From: Eledone cirrhosa
Taxonomy: Eukaryota
DNA length: 64,000 bases
Direction of reading: 5' to 3'
NCBI GenBank assembly: GCA_964016885.1
Contig: OZ024740.1
Coordinates: forward strand, 407,402,001 to 407,466,000
This document shows, piece by piece, positions 1 through 13,412 of the stretch; the first letter of the stretch is position 1, and each line of letters begins with the position of its first letter. The notes below the pieces were generated by a model, which had not been told where the DNA came from, ran no database searches, and saw only the letters and a list, made by a program, of their open reading frames with translations. The position numbers and the translations under genes are program-made.

Positions 1-3000
1 ACTGACAAGACACTACATAGCAATGTGGCCCACTGACAAGACACTACATAGCAATGTGGCCCACTGACAAGACACTACATAGCAATGTGGCCCACTGACA
101 AGACACTACATAACAATGTGGCCCACTGACACGACACTACATAACAATGTGGCCCACTGACAAGACACCACATAGCAATGTGTCCCACTGACAAGACACT
201 GAATAGCAATGTGGCCCACTGATAAGACACTGCATAGCAATGTGGCCGACTGACAAGACACTACATAGCAATGTGGCCCACTGACAAGACACTACATAGC
301 AATGTGGCCCACTGACAAGACACTACATAGCAATGTGGGTCACTGACAAGACACTGAATAGCAATGTGGCCCACTGACAAGACACTACATAGCAATGTGG
401 GTCACTGCCAAGACACTGAATAGCAATGTGGCCCACTGACAAGACACTACATAGCAATGTGTCCCACTGACAAGACACTGAATAGCAATGTGGCCCACTG
501 ATCAGACACTGCATAGCAATGTGGCCCACTGACAAGACCCTACATAGCAATGTGGGTCACTGACAAGACACTGAATAGCAATGTGGCCCACTGACAAGAC
601 ACTACATAGCAATGTGGGTCACTGACAAGACACTGAATAGCAATGTGGCCCACTGATAAGACACTAAATAGCAATGTGGCCCACTGACAAGACACTGAAT
701 AGCAATGTGGCCCACTGATATGAGACTACATAGCAATGTGGCCCACTGGCAAGACACTGATTAGCAATGTGGCCCACTGACAAGACACTGAATAGCAATG
801 TGGCTCAGTGACAAGACACTACATAACAATGTGGCCCACTGACAAGACACTAAATAGCAATGTGGCTCACTGACAAGACACTACATAACAATGTGTCCCA
901 CTGACAAGACACTAAATAGCAATGTGGCCCACTGACAAGACACTGAATAGCAATGTGGTTCACTGACAAGACACTACATAACAATGTGGCCCACAGACAA
1001 GACACTAAATAGCAATGTGGTCCATTGACAAGACACTGAATAGCAATGTGGCTCACTGAGAAGACATTGAATAGCAATGTGGCCCACTGACAAGACACTA
1101 CATAGCAATGTGGCCCACTGACAAGACACTACATAGCAATGTGGCCCACTGACAAGACACTGAATAGCAATGTGGCCCACTGACAAGACACTGAATAGCA
1201 ATGTGGGTCACTGACAAGACACTGAATAGCAATGTGGCCCACTGACAAGACACTGAATAGCAATGTGGCCCACTGACAAGACACTACATAGCAATGTGGC
1301 CCACTGAGGAGACACTAAATAGCAATGTGGCCCACTGACAAGACACTGCATAGCAATGTGGCCCACTGACAAGACACTGAATAGCAATGTGGCCAACAGA
1401 CAAGACACTACATAGCAATGTGGCCCACTGACAAGACACTGAATAGCAATGTGGCCCACTGACAAGACACTACATAGCAATGTGGCCCACTGACAAGACA
1501 CTACATAGCAATGTGGCCCACTGACAAGATGTTGAATAGCAATATGACCCACTTACAAGACACTACATAGCAATATGGCCCACTGACAAGATGTTGAATA
1601 GCAATGTGGCCCACTGACAAGAGACTACATAGCAATGTGGCCCACTGACAAGATGCTGAATAGCAATGTGGCCCACTGACAAGACACTACATAGCAATGT
1701 GGCCCACTGACAAGATGCTGAATAGCAATGTGGCCCACTGACAAGACACTACATAGAAATGTGGCCCACTGATAAGACAATACATAGCAATGTGGCCCAC
1801 TGACAAGACACTGAATAGCAATGTGGCCCACTGACAAGATGCTAAATAGCAATGTGGCCCACTGACAAGACACTACATAGCAATGTGGCCCACTGACAAG
1901 ACACTACATAGCAATGTGGCCCACTGACAAGACACTGAATAGCAATGTGGCCCACTGACAAGATGCTGAATAGCAATGTGGCCCACTGCAACACACCGAA
2001 TATGAATGTGGCCCACTGACAAGACACTACATAGCAATGTGGCCCACTGACAAGACACTGATTAGCAATGAGGCCCACTAACAAGACACTGAATAGCAAT
2101 GTGGCCCACTGACAAGACACTACATAGCAATGTGGACCACTGACAAGACACAGAATAGCAATGTGGCCCACTGACAAGACACTGAATAGCAATGTGGCCC
2201 ACTGACAAGACACTACATAGCATGGTGGCTCATGGAGAAGACACTGAATAGCAATGTGGCTCACTGATAAGACACTGAATAGCAATGTGGCCCACTGACA
2301 AGACACTACATAGCAATGTGGCCCACTAACAAGACACTGAATAGCAATGTGGCCCACTGACAAGACACTGAATAGCAATGTGGCCTACTGACAAGACACT
2401 GAATAGCAATGTGGCCCACTGACAAGAAACTGAATAGCAATGTGGCCCACTGACAAGACACTGAATAGCAATGTGGCCCACTGACATGACACTACATAGC
2501 AATGTGGCCCACTGACAAGATGCTGAATAGCAATGTGGCCCACTGACAAGACACTGAATAGCAATGTGGCCCACTGAGAAGACACTGAATAGCAATGTGG
2601 CCCACTGACAAGATGCTGAATAGCAATGTGGCCCACTGACAAGACACTGAATAGCAATGTGGCCCACTGTCAAACTGCATAGCAATGTGGCCCACTGACA
2701 AGACACTACATAGCAATGTGGCCCACTGACAAGACACTACATAGCAATGTGGCCCACTGACAAGATGCTGAATAGCAATGTGCACCACTGACAAGACACT
2801 GAATAGCAATGTGGCCCACTGACAAGACACTACATAGCAATGTGGCTAACTGACAAGACACTGATTAGCAATGTGGCCCAGTGATAAGACACTACATAGC
2901 AATGTGGCCCACTAACAAGACACTGAATAGCAATGTGGCCCACTGACAAGACACTGAATAGCAACGTGGCCTACTGACAAGACACTGAATAGCAATGTGG

Positions 3001-5630
3001 CCCACTGACAAGAAACTGAATAGCAATGTGGCCCACTGACAAGACACTGAATAGCAATGTGGCCCACTGAGAAGACACTGAATAGCAATGTGTCCCACTG
3101 ACAAGATGCTGAATAGCAATGTGGCCCACTGACAAGACACTGAATAGCAATGTGGCCCACTGTCAAACTGCATAGCAATGTGGCCCACTGACAAGACACT
3201 ACATAGCAATGTGGCCCACTGACAAGACACTACATAGCAATGTGGCCCACTGACAAGATGCTGAATAGCAATGTGGACCACTGACAAGACACTGAATAGC
3301 AATGTGGCCCACTGACAAGACACTACATAGCAATGTGGCTAACTGACAAGACACTGATTAGCAATGTGGCCCAGTGATAAGACACTACATAGCAATGTGG
3401 CCCACTAACAAGACACTGAATAGCAATGTGGCCCACTGACAAGACACTGAATAGCAATGTGGCCTACTGACAAGACACTGAATAGCAATGTGGCCCACTG
3501 ACAAGAAACTGAATAGCAATGTGGCCCACTGACAAGACACTGAATAGCAATGTGGCCTACTGACAAGACACTGAATAGCAATGTGGCCCACTGACAAGAA
3601 ACTGAATAGCAATGTGGCCCACTGACAAGACACTGAATAGCAATGTGGCCCACTGACATGACACTACATAGCAATGTGGCCCACTGACAAGATGCTGAAT
3701 AGCAATGTGGCCCACTGACAAGACACTGAATAGCAATGTGGCCCACTGAGAAGACACTGAATAGCAATGTGTCCCACTGACAAGATGCTGAATAGCAATG
3801 TGGCCCACTGACAAGACACTGAATAGCAATGTGGCCCACTGTCAAACTGCATAGCAATGTGGCCCACTGACAAGACACTACATAGCAATGTGGCCCACTG
3901 ACAAGATGCTGAATAGCAATGTGGACCACTGACAAGACACTGAATAGCAATGTGGCCCACTGACAAGACACTACATAGCAATGTGGCTAACTGACAAGAC
4001 ACTGATTAGCAATGTGGCCCAGTGATAAGACACTACATAGCAATGTGGCCCATTAACAAGACACTGAATAGCAATGTGGCCCACTGACAAGACACTGAAT
4101 AGCAACGTGGCCTACTGACAAGACACTGAATAACAATGTGGCCCACTGACAAGAAACTGAATAGCAATGTGGCCCACTGACAAGACACTGAATAGCAATG
4201 TGGCCCACTGACATGACACTACATAGCAATGTGGCCCACTGACAAGATGCTGAATAGCAATGTGGCCCACTGACAAGACACTGAATAGCAATGTGGCCCA
4301 CTGAGAAGACACTGAATAGCAATGTGTCCCACTGACAAGATGCTTAATAGCAATGTGGCCCACTGACAAGACACTGAATAGCAATGTGGCCCACTGTCAA
4401 ACTGCATAGCAATGTGGCCCACTGACAAGACACTACATAGCAATGTGGCCCACTGACAAGACACTACATAGCAATGTGGCCCACTGACAAGATGCTGAAT
4501 AGCAATGTGGACCACTGACAAGACACTGAATAGCAATGTGGCCCACTGACAAGACACTACATAGCAATGTGGCTAACTGACAAGACACTGATTAGCAATG
4601 TGGCCCAGTGATAAGACACTACATAGCAATGTGGCCCACTAACAAGACACTGAATAGCAATGTGGCCCACTGACAAGACACTGAATAGCAATGTGGCCTA
4701 CTGACAAGACACTGAATAGCAATGTGGCCCACTGACAAGAAACTGAATAGCAATGTGGCCCACTGACAAGACACTGAATAGCAATGTGGCCCACTGACAA
4801 GACACTACATAGCAATGTGGCCCACTGACAAGACACTGAATAGCAATGTGGCCCACTGACAAGACACTGAATAGCAATGTGGCCCACTGACAAGATGCTG
4901 AATAGCAATGTGGCCCACTGACAAGACACTGAATGGCAATGTGGCCCACTGTCAAACTGTATAGCAATGTGGCCCACTGACAAGACACTACATAGCAATG
5001 TGGCCCACTGACAAGACACTGAATAGCAATGTGGCCCACTGACAAGACACTGAATAGCAATGTGACCCACTGACAAGACACTACATAGCAATGTGTCTAA
5101 CTGACAAGACACTGATTAGCAATGTGGCCCAGTGACAAGACACTACATAGCAATGTGGCCCACTGACAAGACACTGAATAGCAATGTGGCCCACTGACAA
5201 GACACTACATAGCAATGTGGCCCACTGACAAGACACTGCATAGCAATGTGGCCCCCTGACAAGACACTGAATAGCAATGTGGCCCACTGACAAGACACTG
5301 AATATTAATGTGGCCCACTGACATGACATTGAATAGCAATGTGGCCCACTGACAAGACACTGAATAGCAATGTGGCCCACTGACAAGACACTACATAGCA
5401 AAGTGGCCCACTGACAAGACACTGAATAGCAATGTGGCCCACTGACAAGACACTGCACAACAATGTGGCCCACTGACAAGACACTGAATAGCAATGTAGC
5501 CCACTGACAAGACACTGAATAGCAATGTGGCCCACTGACAAGATGCTGAATAGCAATGAGCCCACCAATGACACCCTCCATAGCAATGTGGCCAACCAAT
5601 GACAAGACACTCCATAGTAATGTGGCCCAC
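1..5630. repeat. 31-bp tandem satellite (ACTGACAAGACACTGAATAGCAATGTGGCCC, with an ACTACAT variant), about 180 units, continues beyond the window start
   Basis: Direct 31-nt periodicity; the minus-strand ORFs have a 31-aa period; units degenerate at 5560-5630. Confidence 0.98.
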
Positions 5631-5967
5631 ACACCCCAAAATATGGCTGACCTCTGTTGTAGGTGTTCCTCTCTCATTATCTATGCTGGTTATTAAAAAC
5701 TTTCTTCAATATCCTTTTTCAAATGTATACTAGTTTACTGTTAGTACTTCTTTGTATTGTTCAATAATATACATATATAACAGAACTAGTCTTATGCTTG
5801 ACTGATTACCTGAAATGATTATCTTAAATATAATGGCATAATAAGTAGTGGTTTATATTGTCTTTCAAAATGGCCCTTCATTAGTTTTGACAATGAGTTT
5901 TTCCAGTTGTGTAGTCTATTTTCAGTGTCTGAAAAGGTTGAACTGTGAATTTGATTTGTGCGGTCCA

Positions 5968-6310
5968 TCTGATGGGCTTCCAAACAGTTTCTGTCTACTA
6001 AGTTTCACTCATAAAGCTTGGGTGGACTTGAGGCTGTGGTACAAATGTTGGCTGAAAAGTTCATAGGCTGACCAAGATACTCTCTTGGAATGACCAAATG
6101 AGGTATATTTTTTAACATAGTTCCTGGAAAAAAACATTGCAGTTATTAATAAGAAGAGTTGAAATTAATGTAGGCCAGATTTTACAGTGCTAGCATCACT
6201 CCTTGATAGTCAGCCTATGAACTTTTCAGCCAGCCCTTGTAACAGAAGTCTGCTCAAGATGCCATGCAGTAGAACTGAACCAAGCTATTATTATGAAGGA
6301 AAATTCTTAG
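5968..6310 (-). mobile_element. Degraded tRNA-headed SINE fragment(s)
   Basis: ATGGGCTTCCAAACAGTTTCTGTCTACTAAGTTTCACTCATAAAGC resembles the copy at 18058-18225; boundaries approximate. Confidence 0.4.
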
Positions 6311-6431
6311 TCTTTCGTCTGTAGAGCATCATTATTGTGTTTATCATCCTATTATCTGATAAACTTATAAAAATATCAAGCATTATCTTTTTAACTCTGA
6401 ATGTATATATGTATATATTACTTCCACCTAG

Positions 6432-6550
6432 TTAGAAGATTTGGACAAATTATCTATGATCCATGTTGCTGGTACCAAAGGAAAGGGATCAACATGCTCC
6501 TACACTGAAAGTATTCTTAGAAATACAGGTGAGAAAACTGGATTTTTCAG
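6432..6550 (+). CDS. FPGS: FPGS internal exon with ATP-binding P-loop
   Basis: ctag|TTAGAAGAT...TTTTTCAG|gtaaat; translates [39 protein letters not shown](S), the FPGS signature [12 protein letters not shown]; ends in phase 2. Confidence 0.95.
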
Positions 6551-7057
6551 GTAAATATAAACAATATAAACATTTTTTGTAACATCTTTATGTTTTATAA
6601 TTATATATTAACAATTACATTGGGGAAGAGTCTTTTTTGTCATTTAATCTTCAGCATGCTGAATTTTTATGAATTGCTTCCCTTGACACTGCATTATGTA
6701 TTAAGGGGAGATTACTCAATTGTCGCAATTTGTTGCCGACAGCATGTTAAAGGTTATATTCAGTTTACATTTATCATATATTTCTTGGTATCAACATTTT
6801 TGTCAACCTGTTTGTGACCTACTCACTGACAGAGTTTCACTGCAACAGGGAAATTGTGTCAATGACCAGGTTGCAAATAGTGCAATGAAAATACTCCAAG
6901 AAATAAATGATAAATGTGAATTTAAGCGTTTTTGTGTGTTTTTGAATGGCTAAAATGACTTTTCCACACTATAATTGTTTTAGTTTCAACAGTTTCAGAT
7001 CAAATCACTTGCGAGACAAGTACAACTCTAATATTTATTATTCAATATCTAAAACTC

Positions 7058-7286
7058 TTAACTCTTTAGCATTTAAACCAGCCATATAAGGCCAAAATTC
7101 TCTCACCTCTTTCTGTGCAAACCATCTGTAATCAGCTGCTCATACTTATGTTAAGGTTTTTTTCTCAAAATAAATAATATCAAAATATCATAGACTCGAT
7201 ATTATGTGAGATAATTATGTGAGATAAAGCTTTTACTGTAAAAATATAATAGTATATATAGAGTAATGTAAATGCTAAAGGGTTAA
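7058..7286. mobile_element. piggyBac-type MITE, copy 1
   Basis: TTAA-C(T)CTTTAGCATTTA ... TAAATGCTAAAGGG-TTAA: 14-bp TIR, TTAA flanks, interior shared with two other copies. Confidence 0.8.
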
Positions 7287-7473
7287 GGCCAAATGTTTCA
7301 TGATTCAGAGGACATCAGATTTTAGATTCCATGTTGTGTATATTATAGTAATGCTTTCAACAAGATGTGGGACATCATCCATAATTAAACACTTTAATAT
7401 ATCTTTAGTGATGTGTTTGACTACTTATTGAAAATGTTGATTATACATTGATTATAGATGGTATTATAGTTAT

Positions 7474-7570
7474 TTAACTTTGCCTTTCATCCTTACGGGG
7501 TTGATAAAATAAAGTACCAGTAATGCACTGGGTAATTGCTGGCCTTGTGCCAAAAAGTAGAAACAATTAT
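7474..7570 (+). mobile_element. 5'-truncated tRNA-derived SINE (family A)
   Basis: AACTTTGCCTTTCATCC...GCTGGCCTTGTGCC...GTAGAAACAATT; direct repeat ATTATAGTTAT at 7463-7473 and 7566-7576. Confidence 0.85.
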
Positions 7571-7669
7571 AGTTATATCTGGGAGAGGACAACATATCAG
7601 TGTTATCATTATCATTATTGTAATAACAGTAGATTAAACTTGATTTCAATAGTATATATTTTTATTCAG

Positions 7670-7775
7670 TTCTCCACACCTGATTGAAGTTCGTGAAAGA
7701 ATCCGGATTGAGGGAGTTCCACTTTCAAGAGAGAATTTCTCAAATTATTTTTGGATTTGTTATGACCTGCTAAGG
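7670..7775 (+). CDS. FPGS: FPGS internal exon
   Basis: ttcag|T TCT CCA CAC...CTAAGG|gtaatg; (S)SPHLIEVRERIRIEGVPLSRENFSNYFWICYDLLR, conserved SPHL..VRERI motif; phase matches the previous exon. Confidence 0.93.
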
Positions 7776-7914
7776 GTAATGGATCTTAAAATTACATTGA
7801 AACTGTTAGATATTTCTCGTACTCACATTTTCTTTTTAGTTTCTTTAAATTCTTATTAAAATGAAATTTAACTGAAATTCTGACAATTAATAATAAAGAT
7901 TTTCTTTCTTTTAG

Positions 7915-8154
7915 GAGAACAATGAACAGATGCCATCTTATTTTCAATTCCTCACATTGATGGCATTTTATGTTTTTCACAAAGAGAAGGTAACTGCAGC
8001 AGTCATTGAAGTTGGACTTGGTGGTCTTTATGATTGTACTAATGTCATTAAAAATCCAGTAGTGTGTGGAATTACACATCTAGGTATTGACCATGTTAGT
8101 ATACTTGGTAATACTTTAGAGAGCATTGCAGAACATAAAGCTGGTATTTTCAAG
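7915..8154 (+). CDS. FPGS: FPGS internal exon
   Basis: ttag|GAGAAC...TTCAAG|gtattt; ENNEQMPSYFQFLTLMAFYVFHKEKVTAAVIEVGLGGLYDCTNVIKNPVVCGITHLGIDHVSILGNTLESIAEHKAGIFK, with EVGxGGxxDxTN and DH...IA..K.GIFK motifs. Confidence 0.96.
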
Positions 8155-8491
8155 GTATTTATGAATAGACAATATTTTCCAAAATGTATATATTTTTTAT
8201 TATTCTTACTTTGCATGGTGTATGAAGACAGAAGTATCATATTTTCTGGAAATTATTGTTACATGATTTATTTTAAAGCTAATAATGTCTAAATCTACTG
8301 CTATTCACAGAAATACTGTGACCATAGGCTATTACTACAAGCAACACTAAGATTCAGTTTATTAAATTGATCTCAGTACTTGAGTGGTACTTTATTTTAT
8401 TGATGTTATTTATTATATACTGTCCAAACATTACCAGCAGGGAAATTGATTTTAAATGATGATGATGATGACATTCTATTATAATAGTTTA

Positions 8492-8710
8492 GGACGGTGG
8501 ATTAGCAGTATCGGTAGAGCATCAGACAACATGCTTTGCAGCGTAGAGTTATGTCCCTTTACGTTCTGAGTTCAAATCCCGCCGAGATTATCTTTGTCTT
8601 TCATCCTTGAGGGATCGATAAAATAAAGTACCAGTAACGCACTGGTATCGATTTAATCTACTTTTCCCTTGAAAAATGCTGGCCTTGTGCCTAAAGTAGA
8701 AACAATTATA
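8492..8710 (+). mobile_element. Full-length tRNA-derived SINE (family A)
   Basis: Pol III A-box-like (TAGCAGTATCGG) and B-box-like (GAGTTCAAATCCC) motifs; 14-bp TSD ATTATAATAGTTTA at 8478-8491 and 8705-8718. Confidence 0.88.
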
Positions 8711-8715
8711 ATAGT

Positions 8716-8813
8716 TTATAATTGTTTCTACGTTAGGCACAAGGCCAGCAATTACCCAGTGCATTACTGGTACTTATTTTATCGACCCCTTAAGGATGAA
8801 AGGCAAAGTTAAC
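8716..8813 (-). mobile_element. 5'-truncated SINE (family A), tail-to-tail with the preceding copy
   Basis: Reverse complement of the family A 3' half (AATTGTTTCTAC...GGATGAAAGGCAAAGTTAAC). Confidence 0.85.
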
Positions 8814-9964
8814 GATGGTTATAATGAACACATTTTGTCTGTGTTTAGGCATTTTGTTTTGTCTTTTTTGGGGGGTTTTTTCATTTGGTTTCTTTGTTTT
8901 AGTAGTTTTTTTTGTTTATTAATTTTATTTATTATTAATTTATTTGTTTTATTGTAGCACATGCTACTTTGCAGTATTATCTAACTCAATTATATTATAT
9001 TTCAACTGTAACCCATTGTGAATTATACCAATTTGATTCCATGCATAACATATCCATTATCCCTTTATCTCTTATATCTTATAAATTATTCTAATACATT
9101 TCATTGTACTTAATACAGTACTATGGAATACAATGACCCCCCCCCCCCACACACACACTTACTCCTACACACCCATACCTTATCTAAAGCCAGTTCCATC
9201 ACAACTAGAAGTGACCCTACCACCAACTTGCCTAGCAACAGTACCACTTGAACCAAATCTGTTGGTTTCACCATGGTCACTGCAGGTGGGTCTGCTGTCA
9301 TGGATGAGGCTGCTGGTATTGTTGTTATCATTGTTGTCAAGGCAGCCACTATCCTTGTAACAGTCCCTATATATTATATGTGAGATAGGATGTGGAAGTA
9401 ACGATTAAGGAGGTATTAGCACTGTTGTTGTTGTTGTCGTCATGGTTGGTAGGGTGGTTGTTGTTGTTAGGGTTACTGGTGTTGATGCTGTTGTTATGAG
9501 AATCATGGTAGCTGGTACTGGGCTACCCCCACTCTGTCTCTAGCCATTCTCCCCAAAATACAATTAAACCCTGTCCACTATTCAAACTACTTATAAACAT
9601 GATATTTGATCTCTGAGGGAAAAATGTTTTTATTCAAATCTATGTATTTGATAAGCAAACTGATATATTTGTAATTAGATATAAAAAAAGCAGGGAGCAC
9701 ATATTAATCTGAATATCTGTCTGTCTGTCTATCAATTCATCCATCCCTCTACCCAACTTTCTGTGTATAAACAAAAGTGTGTATATTTATGTACTTCTAT
9801 TTATATGCATGTGTATGTATTTATGAATATATCTATACACAAGTATGTATGGGAGTATATAGCTTCTGTCTATATAATCAGTCAAAAATATTTTAGCTTA
9901 ATACATCAATGCTTTGTCAAGGAACTTTTCACTGAAACAACACAAAGTAATGATATTGCAGTAG

Positions 9965-11200
9965 CATTGATTTAGAGGTTCACAAACCTGTTTGTGAAAT
10001 TTCTTCTTGATATTGAACTGAAGATTTTTTATGCAACTATAGCTAACTTTTGCTGTGTTTTCGTTAAAGATCTTACTATTGACATTTAAACTAAAAGGAG
10101 GATTGAATCAGCTTATCAACATTCTCCTATTTTAGCTTGTATACATAGTGTTGAGGTGTTGCATAAATAATGTTTTTCTTTAAAATCATTCTCTGCAAAA
10201 GCATTATTATAGCAATAAGAGACACAGTTGAAAGATTCTTCATTGACAGAAATGCTAGAAATACTGCTACTAATGTTGGTGATTGGAATTTTTAAGACTA
10301 TGGGTTGCTGATTATATAGCTTATTTATATATAGGAGCTTTTCATTGGGTTTTCTATGGGGAAGGTATTTGTCAGTATTTTGATCTTGAATAATGTCCAT
10401 AAAATTGACAATATTAGTATCAGTGACTGTGATTTAAAAACTAAACTCCTTCAAAATCCTTTCTTAATTTATCTAGAGTGGGATCATCAGATACATTTGA
10501 TATAATCAAGCCACCATTTTTGTGAAAGTTTAATTTTAAATGGGAAACATTTTTAAGTGAGTCTAACATATAAAGACTTATTAACTCACAAACCTTTTCT
10601 CCATAGTAACAACCCATAGCTACATCCAAATTTCATCATTGTTTTATTTAATTCAAAAGGGATTGTGATGGAATAGCAATCATATTTGAGCATATATTAT
10701 AACATTAATCATTACGGCCCTTGCAATTCTGAGTTCAAATCCCGCCGAGGTTAACTTTGCCTTTCATCCTTATGGGGTCGATAAAATAAAGTACCAGTAA
10801 TGTACTGGGTAATTGCTGGCCTTGTGCTAATAGTAGAAACAATTAATCATAAATGTTAGTGATTCAATTATCAGGTTTAAACTTTTAGAAGCCAAGGTTT
10901 TGTGATGGAGGAATAAAGTGCCACAATATCAAATTTAATGAATTTATAATTATATTTATCCTCTATGCTACTGAACCACATAATTGCTGGTGTGCTGCAT
11001 TTTGGTAAAGGTAAACCAGGGGATTGTATGAGTTTTAATTTAAAAGAACCTAAAATAAATTTATTAATATTGTCTAATTTACTCTTTACTGGACTAATGA
11101 GTCTACACATGGGATTAGTTAAAAAACTTGGTTTTTCAAGGTGGTAAATAGTCAATGTTTGGTTTGATATTCATTTCTAGCATCTATGTTATTGTACACG
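9965..11200 (-). pseudogene. Decayed Penelope-like element (PLE) reverse transcriptase remnant
   Basis: Fragments in PLE order: CRLISPVKSKL, FIKFDIVALYSSI, DVAMGCYYGEKVCELISLYML, YLPHRKPNEKLLYINK, FNPPFS, KIFNENTAKVSYSC; many stops and frameshifts. Confidence 0.8.
10712..10845 (+). mobile_element. SINE (family A) nested in the Penelope remnant
   Basis: B-box plus family A body; direct repeat ATTAATCAT on both sides. Confidence 0.85.
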
Positions 11201-11410
11201 CTTCTTTATTGGCATTGAAATTTAAAAGGTAGTCCTCCCAAATGGAAATGACTATATTAATAGTTCTGTTGTTTTTTTCCATGTATATTTTTTATTATAC
11301 TATTTGAAAGCTGGAAATTATCAATAGGAATATTTGTTCTGTAAGTCAACATTATAAAAACATTGTAAAATATCAGAACAACTGTTTCATATATTTTAAT
11401 TTGTATATAG

Positions 11411-11488
11411 TCAGGCTCTATTGCTGTAACTGTTCCTCAGAAGCCAGATGCTATGAACGTTCTGAAGCAGACGGCTAGAATCGAAAAT
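11411..11488 (+). CDS. FPGS: FPGS internal exon
   Basis: atag|TCAGGC...GAAAAT|gtaagt; SGSIAVTVPQKPDAMNVLKQTARIEN resembles the FPGS segment after GIFK (A.TV.Q....VL...A); 78 bp, phase 0/0. Confidence 0.88.
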
Positions 11489-12869
11489 GTAAGTATTTTA
11501 GAAAGGATTTTATATGTTGAAGCTAATTAAGAAATTGAGGCTGTGTCTGTAAATATTATGATTATCCTGCTGCCTACATTTACATTCTTACAAAATCTTG
11601 GTTAAATGAATTAGTCCTTAGACAAATGTGTTGTTGGTCATGAGTTATAATTAGGTTTTGAGATGCATCTGGGCTTCATGCTTCACCTCTCAGCTCTTCT
11701 GCTAGGAATAAATACCAGATTTTCTTGAAGTATATTCCAGGATAAATTGGCAACCTAGTCATTAGGAAACTTGCCCATTATCTAATTAATGCTTTGGAAT
11801 GAAAGCTGACTTCCTTATCAACCAATGTTTCCCACTTTATCCTGTAGGTTGCACTGGACCTGACAATTTTGTATGATCTCAAATAATTTTGAAAATAATC
11901 AAGAATTTAAAGACATTTAGTAAAATGACTAACTTTCTCATTATTAATTTGGTGTTTGGAGCATAGCTTAACAAAGGATCTTATATAACATTATGATGGA
12001 AGGTTTTAGTAGGTAGTGGATAGTGATGATACTTAAGTTTAAATGGATTGACAGTTAATATATATATATATATGCATATTCCATTGTGAACTAAATAATT
12101 TGTTTACAAAATCTATTAGACTTTCAAGTATCTTTGTATCTTGGTATCTTGGGATAAATATATGGCTCTGCTGAAAACAAATATTAATCTTGAAATACAT
12201 GAATACAGCTCCATTACATTAGTACTGAGGTAGATGTGATATCACCACTTAAAATATTCTCAGTAATATATCTGTGTGTGGAGAGCCAGAGAGCATGTGA
12301 AGAAAAAGAAAGTCTATCCTTTCAACTAGAAACTACATTTCCTTTCACATTAAACAAGAAAATATTAGAATTTATAAAATTTTTACTGAAGTTTTTCTCT
12401 CTTTTCCCAATGTACATCCCCATTAGCCTCTTTGAATTAGAAACTATTCTTTATTAGTAAACACTTTATCTGTTAATTGATGATTCTGAAGTTCCACTGA
12501 AGACATTTATGGCTATCCAGGATTTCAGAAGTTTGTAACTTGTTTCTAGAATTACATTGTATTGATGGTCAAAATAGCTAAATCGTTCAGTCTGTTTTTC
12601 AATGTGTGAATAACATAATATTAATTGGACCAGCCAACCATGTTGCATATAAATACTGTGATAATAAATGACTCAGTCCACCCATCTTTATGTAAATACC
12701 ACTTTGTGTGCGTCTAATAATTTAGTTCAATATTTAATAGCTTAAATATGTAATGTTATAAAAAAAATAAATTATGTTTGATAGATACCTATTGAATGTT
12801 TGGCAGTTATATAAATCAACTGTTTTAATTTTCAGTTATTCCCTGGTGTCCTATTTTTACTTATGTGGA

Positions 12870-13185
12870 TGAGGCATGTCCAAGTAGTTAAGAAGCTTGC
12901 TTCACAATTATTATGTCTCAGGTTCAATACCACTGTGGGGAATCTTTGGTAAATATTATTTACCATAACCATATTTTGTGACTCAAACTGGATAGACAAA
13001 CTGTTTAGAAGCCTATTAGATAGTCTGTACCTGTAATTGAAAAGGCTGGACTTATCACAGACTGTGTCCCATTGGATCTCCTTGAGATTTATGTTAAAGG
13101 TACGGATATCTGTGGAGTGTTCAGCTACTTTTATAAGCAGACTGTTTCATTGATTGAACAACTGGAACATTCATCCTTGAAACTG
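12870..13185 (+). mobile_element. Old tRNA-headed SINE (family B)
   Basis: GTAGTTAAGAAGCTTGCTTC...AGGTTCAATACC A/B-box-like head; degenerate, boundaries approximate. Confidence 0.45.
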
Positions 13186-13219
13186 ACTGAGGTCCATTCC
13201 ATTATTACTAATGCATTAT

Positions 13220-13412
13220 AGGGCGGTGGATTGGCAGAATCGGTAGAGGACCGGACGCCATGCTTTGTAGCATAGAGTTACGGCCCTTTGTGGTCTGAGT
13301 TCAAATCCCGCTGAGGTTAACTTTGCCTTTCATCCTTACGGGGGTCGATAAAATAAAGTACCAGTAATACACTGGGATAATTGCTGGCCTTGTGTCAAAA
13401 GTAGAAACAATT
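13220..13412 (+). mobile_element. Full-length SINE (family A)
   Basis: GGGCGGTGGATTGGCAGAATCGGTAGAG head, B-box GAGTTCAAATCCC; 17-bp TSD ATTATTACTAATGCATT at 13201-13217 and 13410-13426. Confidence 0.9.

Noticed and set aside
1-5630. CRISPR-like 31-bp repeat
   Set aside because: Head-to-tail units with no unique spacers, no cas genes, and a eukaryotic context
323-5677. Many Cys/His-rich minus-strand ORFs
   Set aside because: Translations of the 31-bp satellite, with the same peptide in all three frames
9110-9560. Thr/Pro-rich short ORFs
   Set aside because: Low-complexity (GTT)n-rich intronic sequence with no recognisable domain or convincing splice context
13220-13310. tRNA gene
   Set aside because: The A/B boxes belong to a SINE head with body, tail and TSD; no clear cloverleaf
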